Assembly: GCA_965645245.1 (NCBI GenBank)
Contig: OZ287083.1
Location: 1,550,001 to 1,614,000 of the forward strand
DNA: 64,000 bases
Origin: Massalongia carnosa
Taxonomy: Eukaryota
Direction: 5' to 3'
Positions 22,759 to 36,965 of the stretch are shown in pieces; the first letter of the stretch is position 1; each line of letters begins with the position of its first letter. The notes below the pieces were generated by a model. It ran no database searches. It saw only the letters and a list, made by a program, of their open reading frames with translations, and had not been told where the DNA came from. The position numbers and the translations under genes were made by a program.

Positions 22759-23390
22759 GAGTGATGTGTAGGAGAAGGTTAGAATGTTTTGATCGGAATA
22801 AAGGTTGCTTAAGGCGAAGTTGATGTTCAGTACTCCACAGACACAGACGGGCGTTCGATGTTTAGGCAGATTCGCTTTCCCAAAAGAGGATAGTGATAAA
22901 AACCTTAACACATGAAACCCTTGTCATATATTCCGCAATCAAACACCTACTTTTGTACTCCGTATATAGGTCGGTCACCCGTCCCCGAATTGGCTTTAGG
23001 TTCAATACTTACTTACACGTTCAACAATACCGTGTGAGGCCCACGACCTGAAAATCCTCGTTGCGCTTCACTCTTGACAAAAAGGCTTGCGGTGTCTATT
23101 TCGGGCTTTCGCTTGGCTGACAACAGGTACTAAAGTTGAGATGCAGGGACTACGAAATAAAAAAATTTATATTTAAACTGAGCATTATAGCATGACATAA
23201 CTCACGTGGGAAATAACAGCACAAGTATCTCGCTAGGTTATGGCTTTTCATATGCATTATTGGTGGTATCCTCAACGATCATGTCCGTCCACTATTGATG
23301 CCACAGCAAGAAACACTAAGAACGCCATCCATATTGGCTTGTGAAATATATGTAAACACAGCTAAAGGGGCCATATACCATACACGGTCT

Positions 23391-24447
23391 TCACTTTGAA
23401 TTTTGAACTGCCTTTCTCCATTGTTGATAGAACGGATCCATCTCCTGCTCGCAGTTTCGTTGGGCATCCAGTTCGCAAGCTACAAGTCTTACGATGAAAT
23501 CGTCCTCCTTGTACATGGCGTCTTTCCCACCTCGACTAGGAATGTCAACGCTATACGAATTCAGAAGTCTTTGTGGTACAAGCGCCAATTTTGCAAGTAT
23601 CGTAGGATGCCATTGAACAACGTGCTCCTAAGGTGTATCAGTCCACGAATAGCGAGATCGACAAAATGTCAAACGTACCAGAGCATGGCCCTCAGCTTTC
23701 TGAAAATTATAACTCCGATACAGCGGATCAAACCAGGTGTCAAGAAAAAAGCGTGCCCAATCCCCGCGTCGCAGTATGAAACTTCCCTGGCAGAGCCCTT
23801 CTCCGTCTTGCGTAATCACAAGGTCAATCTTGTCCCCTTTGAGATGAGAAAATGTCTTGATCACGCTATCGGGTGGAACAACGGATACATCTTTAAGCAT
23901 CAACGATTCAAGGCGTTTGGGCGCCACGAGGTGGGAAGTGAGAGATAGGCTTGGGTTCATGACTAGGGCGTGGGGCGAAAGGGCGAAGAAATACGTAGAA
24001 TGTGGGTACAGTGTCAAAGCGTGGCGTAGAGACGGAACGAGAGACCAGCTACGTGGTGAACCTTCCAGCTCGTACTCAGTGGCATGGGGGAAAAAAGTAG
24101 CATAGCCTATACACGCAAATGTCAGACCAAATCACATTCCATATAGAACGAGGCTTCTGACCGTGTCTAGCTGCGTAATCTTCCCTGTTCTCCTTTATTC
24201 TGCTAATGTATTCCTTGCTCATGGTCTCAGGATCCACCACCGTGACTATCACCGTTTCTGGGGTTCCCGCAGGAGGACGACTTGACGGCGAGGTAAATAG
24301 TCGACTTCCCGCATAGAGAAGAGCCAATGCAGTGCATGCTAGCACAGCTACATACTGTATTTGTTTTCGTCGTACGGGAGAAGATCTTGATGCTCGGGCA
24401 TACGGGGGAGGGTGAGATGTTTTGCGAGGGGGCAATGCGAAATGCAT
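23391..24447 (-). CDS. GT34 glycosyltransferase (Mnn11-like alpha-1,6-mannosyltransferase subunit)
   Basis: Type II TM anchor; ENR.DYAARHGY, W..VP.LRHALT.YP, DLVITQD, GSFILR.G.WA.FFLD.W.DPLYR.YNF.KAE.HAL. Two introns. Confidence 0.85.
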
Positions 24448-24889
24448 TTTGCCTGGGTCGCCGAAGGCAGAAATAAGCTTATGTGAAATTGCAGAACGCC
24501 AGCATTGGAATAGTAACCTAAAGGCCTACAGCGACTATTTGTTTCGCTAACGGGCGTCCTATACAAGACATGAAGATATTAAATGGTCCATGAAGGCTGA
24601 TTGCGGCCCTCGGAGCGGTATTCTCCCCCGAAGAGATTAAAGGAGTAGCCTGAAATGGTATAGTGTGATATCCGGGGAGTGAACGGACCAGCTGTACGGA
24701 GTAGTCCGTAACATTTTTTATCTGTTCAGGGTCGAGGGCATCATCGCAACACTGCCTGTCTAATACGAGAGTGAGGCCATTTTCATCTACAACACCTACT
24801 TGATTCTCTACTTATTTACAAACCTAGACAGTTCATTCCTTTGAATTTCGTTGTTCTTAAGCACCCTTCATACCCATATCCCTTCCGAC

Positions 24890-26535
24890 ATGTTATTTTC
24901 GCTTCGAGGAATCTCTCGGCATGCCCCTGGCAGTCTTACAGCAAAGCGGATTCTCACTGCAAGGCGTGCCTCGACGTGGGTAGACGTACCCCAAGGACCA
25001 CCAGTAAGGAAGCTTGATATATTGGATTGAAGCTTAGGATGACTAACAATTGTGAAGGATGTATGTACTCCCAACCTGCCGTTTGGCCCCAGCGCTGATG
25101 TGTCAAAAATTTCAAGGCTATCCTAGGTATTTTGAGGCTCTCAAAGTAAATTTCCACTTCATTAAACAGGCACTATAGGTATTACAGAGGCATTCAAAGC
25201 CGATAGCTTCCCCGAGAAAATCAATTTAGGTGTTGGTGCATATCGTAAGTTTCTACATTCAACTTGGTTAGTTCCATTGCTTACCTATAATCCCTTCAAC
25301 AGGTGATGATAAGGGGAAACCTTACGTTCTTCCTTCGGTGCGAGAAGCGGAGAAGAGAGTGGTTCAATCATATCTCGACAAAGAATACGCCGGAATTACT
25401 GGCGTCCCTGCCTTCACGAAAGCAGCCGCGGTCTTGGCCTATGGCTCTGGGTCTAAGGCAATTAAAGACGATAGAGTTGCAATAACTCAATCAATATCCG
25501 GCACTGGAGCACTCCGTATTGGCGGTGAGTTCCTCGCTCGTTATTATCCACACGCAAAGAAGATATATATCCCGACTCCCAGCTGGGCAAACCACAACGC
25601 GATATTCAAAGACTCCGGCCTTGAAGTCGTAAAGTATAGGTACTACAACAAAGACACCATAGGGCTAGACTTTGAAGGCCTAGTGGCAGATCTTAAAGCT
25701 GCGCCTGACAGTAGTGTGGTTCTTCTCCATGCTTGTGCCCATAATCCGACCGGAATCGATCCTTCTGAGGAACAGTGGAAAAATATAAGCGACGTTGTGA
25801 AAGAAAAGAACCATTATCCGTTCTTTGACATGGCGTATCAAGGCTTTGCCAGCGGTGACACCAACAAGGATGCGTTTGCTCTCAGACATTTCATCAAAGA
25901 AGGTCACAATTTATGTTTGGCACAGAGTTTTGCGAAGAACATGGTAGAGCTCCATTCGACCGTATGGGTATTATCTTTCTAACCCTGGTTAGGGCCTCTA
26001 TGGCGAGCGTGTTGGAGCTTTTTCTATAGTGTGTGACTCGTCCGAAGAAAAAAGACGAGTTGATTCGCAAGTTAAGATACTTGTGCGACCGTTATACTCT
26101 AATCCTCCTGTTCACGGTGCTCGTATTGCTTCCAAAATCCTTGATGATCCAGACCTCCAAAAACAATGGCTTGAGGAGGTGAAAGGGATGGCAGAGCGCA
26201 TAATCACCATGCGGGCTTTACTCAAACGGAACCTTGAGGACCTAGGGAGTAAGCGCGACTGGAGCCACATCACCTCACAGGTACAATATCCGAACCTTTG
26301 GATTTCAAGCATAGCTAATCTGTATAGATTGGTATGTTTGCGTACACCGGGTTAACACCAATGCAGATGGATCAGTTGGCGAACGAGGTTAGCCTTGATG
26401 GATCCTTAGAGGGATAATGCTAACTGTTGATAGAACTCGGTCTATGCAACCAAAGATGGAAGAATTTCTGTTGCCGGCATAACTTCAGGCAATGTAAAGC
26501 GCCTTGCAGAATCAATTCACAAGGTTACCAGTTAG
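24890..26535 (+). CDS. AAT1: Mitochondrial aspartate aminotransferase
   Basis: Presequence; [60 protein letters not shown]-Lys motif [14 protein letters not shown]. Several introns including 3-nt and 10-nt micro-exons. Confidence 0.95.
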
Positions 26536-28779
26536 AACCGACTCCCCCCTTTTTCCTTTTGGATTCATGTCGTCATTTCAATGATAAACCGTTTGGGCAA
26601 GCCAATGGAGTTGTCGTATACTGTACTATAATTCTAGACGGGTTGGTGTGTTGTGAGAAATAGTTCTAGGCCCTCGAATCTGTAGTCGAATTCGCCCATT
26701 TTCAAACATGATGCATATCTATCCGGCATTGCATACGTTCGTCACGGATTCCGTGTTCCATCTTTGTTATGCCTGCGACTTGGTAGCCGCTATGTGATTC
26801 GCTGGTCGTGTAGAGACAGATTATGTTTTTCAAGTCATGGTCCATTGTCTCATCTCCACATTCAAACGGTGAACAAAGGTTGCGAACTCATCCAGCTCTT
26901 TTGCCATGTCTTGTCGATGTGGCTTTTTCTTAGCCTGAAACTGTTCAATTCGTTATAGAAAAGTGCGGAAAGCGGAGACCAATTGCCGAGCCAGGGACGT
27001 AGGGGAAGCCCCGAAGTCTCGTGAGGCTCTAAATACGCTTCCAGGTGCCTCATGTTGCATGGTAGCACCTCCAATGCTGGACGAAGGCGATGTAGCCTCA
27101 AAAGATCCGACGAAAGGGGGTTGGATCGGCGTGATGACCACATGCAGAATTGCGCAAAGTGTGTCCGGCTAGGTTAGGTTAGGCTAAGCCGTTATGTTAA
27201 AAGGTCGTAAAGGAGTAGGCAAGACCGGTCCAACTGTTAATCCACAACGTGGTTTTCCTCGAACGATCGACAGATGGCAGGAAGGGAAAGGGTCTAATTT
27301 AAATGCTCTAGACCTGAGTCCATTTTTGAGGCACGCTAGCGGTAACCGGTGGCTGCTGCACAACGACATCATCGCTGACGTTCTTCGGCAAGCTCCCAAA
27401 AAGCCACAGACTCTTAGCATCTACTTATTTACAGATTGGTAGTTGTCCCGGGGTAGGGGTTGGAAGACCATAGTTTGTGCAAGAGAAAACTGCACGAGGA
27501 GAAGGGCGGAGTGGGGTAATGGCTGTCTTCGTTCCGTGTTCTGTGTACCATATGTCTATTGCCATCCATCGCGCAACTTTCCCCAGAGAATGGATCAAGT
27601 CTTGCGCCTGAGGGCTTATGAATCCCCGTTTGTCTTTTGGTGCCGCCTTGTAGCGGTGTAAGGGAAGCTTCAATGCTTCTCCCGACAAACACGAATGCAG
27701 CCCACACTTTAGGTACTAGATGGAAGTAGAGCGCGCATCCGGCCCTGCTGGTGCCTCCACCCGATTTAGCGGATTGATTCTGTCATTGACTTGATGTGAA
27801 CGATAGATAGTTATCTCGGTTACATGGTAGTATGTTAGTCTGAAAGGCCGTGTCTCTTGAGAATGATCTCATCTGGCTGGAGATGCTGGAGGCCGCGAGA
27901 TGGGAACAACTGTTGGTATGGTTCCCTAGATGCCCGTGAAGTCTCCATTCGTCCCAGAAGGGGACCTACCATACCATTTTTGGTGTCTTCATGATGATTT
28001 GACTGCTCGCTCGTATCTCTGAAATTCCCCGAGCCGTTAGGTGCCATACTGCTTCTTGACTCCTTCTTTCCAGGCGTCACTAGTAACCTTCTGGCCATTT
28101 GGCCGCCTTCCACCTCCGAGTATGACGGCCCCCCCTCACACCACACCCCTCCTCGACTTTGCCTTTTCCAGTGTCTCGACCACGAGGCACGAGGGACTTT
28201 CGTCTTACTTGCTGAGGTGATTAGCTATCTCCACCTCCATTACGCCGATACTAAAACCGAATAATAGCACACAAGACCATGCACGCTTCTGAGCCCCCTT
28301 TCCTCCGGTTACTTTCACTAGCTAGTTTTATTGGAACCTCTTAAACCCTTTACCATTCCCCATCTTCAAATCCCCAACTTGCAGACACGGCATTCAGCAA
28401 GATCGATAACTTGTAGGAGTGCCCACGTTCAGCTCACCGGAAGGTGCGTAGCGTGATCCCGGTTCTACACTTCCTGATGCGGCGTTAAGGCTGGGTTTAC
28501 AGGGTAACCTCAACCTTTCCTCTTCGTCGGCATTTTCTGCTTTAAGCCACCAGTTTGATTGTCCAGTTCGACTATCATCCGTGCCTGACACCACGTGGCT
28601 CCCGAGGAACTCGAGAGCGACGTCCAAGAAACTACAGCACTCTAAGCCTACGGCGACAATTCCCTCCGTTAGCCGAGCAAACTTATTCGCCGTGATACTT
28701 TGTGCCCGCAAGGAGCTGATACCTGGGAGGAAGGCGCGGGTTGGATTCTGCATCGCGAAGACGAAGAAGAAGGGAAAAG

Positions 28780-29417
28780 ATGGCTAGCAGAACAGAAGCC
28801 GCCGAGGAACGAGTATGTTTCGTTTTTGCCCTTGTAGTCGATGCGATTACGTAAAGTAGCGCATGTACCTCATCTGCAGCTAACGGATCTGGTCAAAATC
28901 AGTCGGAAAGTGGTTCTACAGGGCTACCGGATGGTGGAGACAGCTTCGACTCAATGACGTTTGAACAGATCCTCGAGATGGACGACGACGAGGAGGAGCG
29001 AGAGTTCTCAAGGAGTATTGTCTATGGTTTTTTCGATCAGGCGGAAGCCTCATTTAAGAAGATGGAAGTCTATTTGTGAGGTTCTCCTTGCACCCAACCA
29101 TCTCATCGATCCTCTACGGCTTAACTTTGAGAGTCTAACCCCTTTTCTTCATCTACAGGCAAAAAGGAGATCTTGCGCAACTGAGCGCCGAGGGCCATTT
29201 TCTCAAAGGTTCCTCGGCGACGTTGGGATTGACGAAGGTCAAAGACTCGTGCGAGAAGATCCAACACTACGGCCAGCACAAAGACGAGACTGGTACGGTC
29301 GAGGAACCTGACGATGCGAAGTGCCTAAGCCGGATACAAAAGACCCTTGACACGGTGAAGATCGAGTATGCGGAGGTGGAGAAAATATTACGGCGATTCT
29401 ACCATGAACACGTATGA
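28780..29417 (+). CDS. YPD1: Histidine phosphotransfer protein (HPt)
   Basis: FEQILEMDDDEEEREFSRSIVYGFFDQA..GHFLKGSSATLGL.KVKDSCEKIQH. Two introns. Confidence 0.92.
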
Positions 29418-29801
29418 ATCCGAGTTGGAGCGGGACTTGGGACAATGCTTGCGCGCTATAAGGTTGCGGTATGATTGAATGACGCTGTAGCGGCGGAGGA
29501 TTTTGTGCATGTATCACGTTGGGCGTAGGCATGTCTGCTTTATCTGCTTTTAAGGATCGAGAAAGTCGATAATTCTTTGATGCCTATCATTCCGGTTCTA
29601 ACTAGAGGATGTGAAACCAAGGACACCTTCGCTGGCGCAGATTATTTACCGCTATTTCCATGAGGAGGATAGATTAGGGTAGATCTAGTCAAAGTAGTTT
29701 AAGAATCCCTTGCTTAAATTCTCTGGATTCAAGTGCCATAAGCCTACACATATATGCCGTTTGGAAATGCAGAGGGACTTCATCTAACCTAACTACCACC
29801 G

Positions 29802-30719
29802 TTGCGAGTTTTTTCTTCCCCCGCGTTCCTACAACCCCTTATTCATACCCCCAACCATATTCCTACAAAACCGATGAACCAGTTGTATGATACTTGTGAA
29901 CTACCTCTAATGACATCTGCCTGGAGAGCCTGTACTCATTTCCTCTGCATCCCGCTAACTACTCCAACTTCTCGACCGCAACTGCATGATTCTCTTCAGA
30001 AATTCGCCCACGACGTGGCTTCGAACCCGTCACTTGGAATAAGTCCGCGTGCCATCCGCCCTGTCGGCACTCTTCATCTTACGCTCGGGATATTAAATCT
30101 CGACACAGAAGAGCGGAAAACCGCAGCTTGTGACTTTCTTCGAGGTGATGATGTCTCGGAGCTGGTTCGAAAAATGGCAGCCTCTGTAACGTCAGAGCAT
30201 CTGATACACAGTGAAGCAGCAGAGGCTTCTCAAACTCCCTCGTGTAACGTATCTGGCGACAGAGATTTACAGTCCCTTACTCCAGCAAGCAGAATTTTGC
30301 CTTTTACTACAACGCTCTCTGGGTTACACCCAATGCAAAAACATGCTTCAACATCTGTTCTCTATGCTTCCCCAATAGATCATGATTCTTGCCTACGCGA
30401 CCTCTGCACTGCGCTCCACAATGTATTTAAAGCCGCAAATCTTTTGATCCACGAAGATCGTCCGTTGCTGCTCCATGCTACGCTGGTCAATACTATATAC
30501 GATCGATCTCGAGGCTACAAAGGGTCGAAGTTTAAAAAATCCACCCCATATCGATTCAAGGCTTCGAAACTGATTGACCAGTACCAAGCGTTTGAATGGG
30601 CAAAAGATGTCCATTTGGAAAAGTTAAGCATTTGCAAGATGAAAGCACGGCAAGTAATTGAAAATGGGGTCGTGGTGGACGAGGAGTATGAAGAATTAGG
30701 TCATATGGATTTACCGTGA
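29802..30719 (+). CDS. 2H phosphoesterase, AKAP7/ASCC1-like domain (start uncertain)
   Basis: THFLCIPL, two HxT motifs (TLHLTLG, LLHATLVNT), VLYA.P, L.ICKM. Confidence 0.8.
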   Translation: MRVFSSPAFLQPLIHTPNHIPTKPMNQLYDTCELPLMTSAWRACTHFLCIPLTTPTSRPQLHDSLQKFAHDVASNPSLGISPRAIRPVGTLHLTLGILNLDTEERKTAACDFLRGDDVSELVRKMAASVTSEHLIHSEAAEASQTPSCNVSGDRDLQSLTPASRILPFTTTLSGLHPMQKHASTSVLYASPIDHDSCLRDLCTALHNVFKAANLLIHEDRPLLLHATLVNTIYDRSRGYKGSKFKKSTPYRFKASKLIDQYQAFEWAKDVHLEKLSICKMKARQVIENGVVVDEEYEELGHMDLP

Positions 30720-31709
30720 GATCTACGACAACACAATACCTTTCTCCTCTCTACAAGGCGCCACTGGATATACTCTACAGTCAGCTGCGATGGAAGAACT
30801 ACTAAAGGTATTAGCGCTGGAACCTATCATGTTGCAGGATTCAAGATCAGTACATACCAGCACTAGGTGAAACCCTGGATTTATGGATTGCAGGTTTCAA
30901 TATAGCGGTCAAAGCATAGGAGTGTGGATATAAATCATGTTAATAGTACATGTTCATTCATCAAGCCTGGCTCTTTGTATGTATTCACCCATAATGATGC
31001 ATGTGTGGGCATTTGAAACTCTCATATACCACGGAAGATGAGTATCAGTATCACCCTCCGCTCTGGTCATTCGTATAGATTGGATTCATATGTACACGAT
31101 AGAGGTTTAGCATCAATCGGGTTCCAACGACGGCGAGATTGGAAAATGAGCTAGAATTGACAATTATTTAGTCTCGGTCTTCATGGCGCGAGGTTGAAAG
31201 CAACAGTCGCATTTTCATAAGCGAACTTCAGCCTTACGGGCCAACTTCGTCTCACCCAAGGGGCTGAATGAAGGGGATCTACTCACGTCCACCACAACAG
31301 CTATGGTCAATCTCGCCTTGAATCACGCGTCGCAAGTCATCCTCAAGTAATTTAAATCGCGAAGTTGCATTAAGTGCCGTGTTCTTGCCCCGCAAGAGCT
31401 CCAGCGCGCGCGAAGTCATCCACGGGCGGGGAAGCTTAGCTATCACTTCATCACCCAGATCATCCTACAGATCATAGCTCTGCTGAAGTGCTCCTATCAG
31501 GTGTACTCGTACAAAGCCTCCTTGGAAACTCTGCAGCTCCACTTTGATACTCGCGCGATCTCCGTTCTTTTCGAACACAGAAGTCAATCGCCAAAGCATC
31601 ACCATTCATACAACTCTCAGCCGATCTAAGCCCGCTACCCAACCCAGGATACATGTAACGCTCAATTAAGAGGACGAACACCAAGCTGGCGGCGGCAGTG
31701 GCACTAAAT

Positions 31710-34700
31710 ATGGCAGCCGTTGCGCCGGCGCAGTTCGACCGGCGGATGGTAGCTGTCGATTATACCTTGACCGAAAGCGCAGTGGACACCGAAAGAGAGG
31801 AGGATCTTCGGATTGATTATACCATGAGAGAAACTTTTAACGGGGAAGCACAAGACCTAAATGAGGGCGCTAAGGGAGATTCCAAGAGTGGAAGTAGGGA
31901 AGACGACGATCTTTTAGAGAATGAGGAAGACGCTGAAGAAGTAAGAATCTCTAGTAAGCACAGAGAAAGCGACGATGAGGTTATCGAAGAGGACTTGTCA
32001 GAACCGGAAGTAAGTAGCTTGGACAATGACCACGATACCGACAAGAGCTCTAGCGACGGGGAATCTGCGGTAGTGGCAGAGTGGGAAGGTGGAAGTGAAA
32101 CTGCGGAAATGGCTTCGGTTGCAAACCGAAACAACTGCGTGTTAGTGGTCCTCTACATGTCAGGGAGCGTTAACACGCTAACTCAGTCGATAGTTTCTGC
32201 GGTCAGGATGAGGAACATGATCCAAATGAAGAATTTGAGGAGTACATGGCATGTGCGGTTTGTGGGGATAATTGTAAGTGTTGAAACTGCTGAATTGAAT
32301 TGAACTGAGTGGAAAAACCATTGGATAATGATTAGCTTTGTTGATCTCCCGGTTTTGATTTTGCATTTCCAAACTAACCGACGCTGCAGCCCATCGGAAG
32401 TGTGCCCGAGACGCAAAGTCTCTTGGCTTCGATGATGGTGAGCGTAAAATCGTGTCAGCTTTTTGGTGATGACTAACATATTCTAGACCCAAATCAATGG
32501 AGATGTCAAGATTGTGTTGCTAACGCTCTCGAACCCGACAATACAGAAGAGACTGTCTCCCGAAGACGTGCCTCCGCGACTAAACTCACTCGAGACTTGC
32601 TGCCTCCCCAACGTGGCCCTTCAAGACCAGGCTCTCATTCAGTTTTCAATACTCTTATCCTCGACGATGATCCGCTGGATGGTTCTCGTTCGCTGCGGAA
32701 GCGCAAAGCTTCTTCCGATCAGGAAGAACCCACCGCCATGCCGAAAAGGCGTCGAAGGAACCAGGATACTATGATATCTGAATCGGGAATATCAACCTCA
32801 ATGGTGTTTTTGAATGATGTTAACTATGGGCTTGGCACCACTGATCCCATTCCTAGCGTAATGAACGAGAAGGCGGAAGCAGGGAGCACTTCGACACGGA
32901 AGTCCAGATCGTCCCGCGCCTCGAGGTCCCGGAGGTCCACAACCACTAACACGAAACCCGTCTCTATTATTAAAAATGTGCTGGAAAGCATAATCTTGGC
33001 ATTTCGACTAAATCCGACAAAATTGGCATCCATTCTGGAAATTGAGCCCAAAAAGAAGCGACGGCGACCTCCACGACGTCCTCCTGTGGAAGTACAAGAA
33101 GATGATAACCGTCCTACACCATCCTTCTCTACCCCGTATGCTACGCCGTTCTATTCGTTTCACGAGCGCGAGAACGATGATCTTAAATCAAAACCTTATG
33201 GTGGCATTCTGAGCGAAGCAGAGGCAGATACTTCGAAAACCCTACCTCTTGCAGCTGATAGAGCTCGATTCAACGATGCTCGTCAAAAGGCTGAAGATGA
33301 GTGGAAGCTGACAACCGCGACTCAAGATGCTGACGTAGAAATTAAAGGGCGATCGTCCCAGAAAGTGGCTGGACCACCGAGCAAAATTAAATGCGTCAAC
33401 TTCGGCGGCTACGAGATTGAGACCTGGTATGCAGCACCTTATCCCGAAGAGTACAGTCGAAATCGTGTGCTGTACATTTGTGAGTTCTGTCTCAAGTACA
33501 TGAATTCCGATTACGTAGCTTGGCGGCACAAGCTCAAATGCCCAGCAAAGCATCCACCTGGCGACGAGATATATCGAAGTAATTCGATCTCGGTGTTCGA
33601 GGTGGACGGGCGGAAAAACCCCGTCTACTGTCAAAACCTCTGTCTTCTTGCGAAACTATTTCTGGGTTCGAAGACCTTGTATTATGATGTTGAGCCCTTT
33701 CTCTTCTACGTGATGACTGAATACGATGAACTTGGGTGCCACTTTGTCGGCTATTTCTCCAAAGAAAAAAGACCCAGCAGCCAAAACAACGTGTCTTGCA
33801 TCTTGACGCTCCCAACCCATCAACGTAAAGGCTACGGGAACCTTCTCATCAGCTTCTCCTACCTGCTCACCCGCGTCGAAGGCAAGACCGGCTCGCCCGA
33901 AAAACCTCTCTCGGACATGGGGCTAGTCTCGTACCGCAATTACTGGCGTCTCGTCCTCTCTTACGAGCTCCTTAATCAAACCAAACCCCTCAGTATCATC
34001 GATATCTCCGAACGCACTGGCATGACGGCCGATGACATCGTTGCCGCGCTGGAAGCTTTGCGCGCACTTGTTCGTGACCCGGTTACGAGAACATACGCGC
34101 TCAGGCTGGACTACGCCTATTTCAAGCAATGTATCGAGAGCTGGGAGGCAAAAAGATATGTCACGCTAGATCCGAAAGCGCTTGTCTGGACCCCGTATAT
34201 TATGGGCCGGAGCAATCTGGCGCATTATGATCGCGCGCCCCCTCCACCTACCATTGCTCCCCGCGAAGGAGACGAAGACAAGAAAAGCGAGCCGGACGAG
34301 GGTGTGCAGGAGGCCACTATAACGGTTACAATTGCTGCAAAAGGGAAGCAGTCCACGCAAATCAGCGGCAGCGTTGTCTCTACCCCCGCCGCGGAGATCC
34401 CTTCAATGATCAATGGTGGCAGCACAAGTGTGCACCGCCAACCCCAAGACCAAGCCCTACCTCAGCTCCCCCCAAACCTGGATCCAGCCCTCTTTGCTCC
34501 TCCCTTGACAAAACCATCTCCACCTCCCCAGCCTCTCACCCCTGTCCAATCTAAATTCATCGCGCCCACCTCGACCATCATTCCCCCCGTCCGCTACGAA
34601 GTCTTTCCTCCAATCCCTGGCACCACGGCCCGTCGGCGCACCGGTGGGGGCCGAGGCTATCTTCGACGCTCGACGGCCGCCTCTGCTGCGAATGGGACTC

Positions 34701-35386
34701 CGAGAGCGGCTCGGACGCCGTTGCGCCGAGGCGGAAAAGCCTTGGGTAAGGGTAAAGGCAAGGGGAAATTATTAGAGCCTACCTCTGGGAAGGCGGCTGG
34801 GGGAAAGAGCGCTGGAAGGAGAACGAGGCTAAGCGGAATGATGGAGTTGGAAGGGGCGGTTGAAAGCAAGGGAAAGGGAAAGGAAGCCGCCGCAAATCTA
34901 GTTGCCACTGCTGCTGCTACGGACATGAGCTCAAATCTCGACCCCTCTTTCAATCACCAAGATCCGCAGTTAACCTTCGCCCCTGACCCTAACCCAGGCC
35001 TCGAACCGGACGCCGGTCCTGACCCCAACAACCCAACCGCCGACCTTGCAACGCAAATTCAAGGGGAGATCTCCCAAGGCATGCTCGACGAGGAGGATTT
35101 GGATGACGCGTTCGTTGACGCCAGTCCCGGAAGCGCGCTCGAGGAAGGAGGCGGTAGCACCAGCGGTCCCGACGACGACGAGGACGACGAGGACGACGAG
35201 GACAACGATAACGACGAGGACAACGATAACGACGATGGAGACCTAGGGGTGGCTGGGGCGAGCGACGCGGACGACGATGGCAAAGACGTGGATAGCGATG
35301 GCGATGGCGGCTTCGAGAACATGGATGTCGACAGCGACTCCACCGACGAGGACGAGGATGGAGATGTGCGTTCGGATCATGTTTGA
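31710..35386 (+). CDS. SAS3: MYST histone acetyltransferase with N-terminal PHD finger (Sas3/Mst2 type)
   Basis: Intron-split PHD (C.FC..CAVC..H..C..WRC..C); [55 protein letters not shown]; acidic tail. Confidence 0.92.
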
Positions 35387-36175
35387 AGGCCGACGCCGGG
35401 TAGAGTAAGGGTTGTACATTAAGTTCCCGATATTCCGCTGCTTGGGGGGGCCGGATTTGGAAGCCGCTATGAGATCCGAAGGGATCACGCATGAAAGGCC
35501 TGTGCTGTATAAAACAAATCCGTAACTCCGTCTTGGGGCTTTTGTATATTCATCCCTTCCCCGTCCTGTTCTGTTCTAAAAATTTTTTTTGAGAAAAAAA
35601 ACAAAAAAACAAAAATCCAGCTCGAGCTAATCGACCTTGATTTCATGACGTGAGGTATAACAAAAGGTGGGTGGATAAGAGAGAATTCAACATCCTACCT
35701 ATGTATCTACCTACCTCTTTCTCCCCCACTACACGAATACCTAGGTGAAGCTAGATTAACCCGAGTTTAACACTAGTCCGCTGCAAGCTTGCTAATTCAA
35801 TTTCCTTAATCCTCATGAGAAGAGAGAAAACCGGTGGCAGTTAGGCAAACCCGCTATCTTCTGAAAAAGGAAAAAAAAAAACCTCGTTGACCTTACATTT
35901 TCCACCCTTCCTCTTCCCCCCCCTCAAAAACCTTCTACAACTACACCCTGAAGCCCTATGGTTTTCATAAGGTGACGTTTTTTAAAAATATAGGGGGGGA
36001 AGGAGCAGCTAAAAGCTGGAGGTGGAAAGGGGAGGGAGGACGAAGAAGAAGATGAAGAAGAGAGGTGAGAGTTTTTGGAAATATATTGTTTTCTAAACCC
36101 AAAGGGAACAAAAAGAAAAAAATAAATCCTGGTAGCAGTGGGAGAAACGGAGAGATCTGGCTGTACATGCTATGT

Positions 36176-36201
36176 AGAGAGAGAGAGAGAGAGAGAGAGA
36201 G
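36176..36201 (+). repeat. (AG)13 microsatellite
   Basis: Perfect dinucleotide run in low-complexity intergenic DNA. Confidence 0.9.
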
Positions 36202-36965
36202 TAGTGATTAAGGTTAGAAACCTCCCCCCCCCCCCCAAAAACAAACAAAACCCAAGAAACGGCGCTGGACTCACCCAACGAGCTACCCAGCCTACGGTTC
36301 GTTCGGCTACCTCACTCATCCATCCATCCATCCCATCCATTCACGAAAGCCGAAGAACGGGGAATTTCACCCCCCATCCAGAACCCGTGGCCCGGGAAAC
36401 ACACACGTACCTAACTTCTCGATATCTCTAACGTGGTGAATGAAAGACTTGCTCCTGGATAGATAAGTGGATGGATGGCTTAGGGAAAATACCCCATTTA
36501 TCATCCGGTTTTAGGAGGTGCCGTTTTGTTGGATGAGAAGTAAGAGTGCAAGATATGCTGCTTGTAAATAGGTGGATATATGGCTGTAGGGGCTCATCTT
36601 TGGGTGGGGGGGGTTGGCTGGCTGGCTGGCTTGGGGAGGTGTTTAGAGCTTTTTGGTGAGTGGGTGTATCTGTGTAAACCCTGGTGGGCATTTAGCTACT
36701 TTGATGTGTTTTTTTTTTGGAATACTTTGCATCGATTCTGTTATTGGATATAGGGGTTTAATTGAAATGGATTGATTAGATATAATCAGTTGGAGGGAAT
36801 CTTGCAAAAACATTTTAGGAATCGACAAAACATGTAGCGTGGAACAATGCTTTTGTTCCGGTTACGAACTGTGAAATGAGCGAAGAGCCTTTTAACCGAA
36901 TGCAGAAAGCTAGAATGGTTTATAGAATGGCCCCTGTTGGGCAAACATGCTCTCTCGTAGAGGCT

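Noticed and set aside
22759..22911. N-terminal extension of Snu66 in the ORF track
   Set aside because: The conserved HIND-bearing start is the ATG at 22758; the upstream part begins at a non-ATG codon.
27168..27188. TTAGG-like repeats resembling an interstitial telomere
   Set aside because: Only about 3 imperfect units and not TTAGGG.
26800..28760. Many overlapping short ORFs upstream of YPD1
   Set aside because: No recognisable family and frames interrupted by stops. May be regulatory DNA or a relic, but unsupported.
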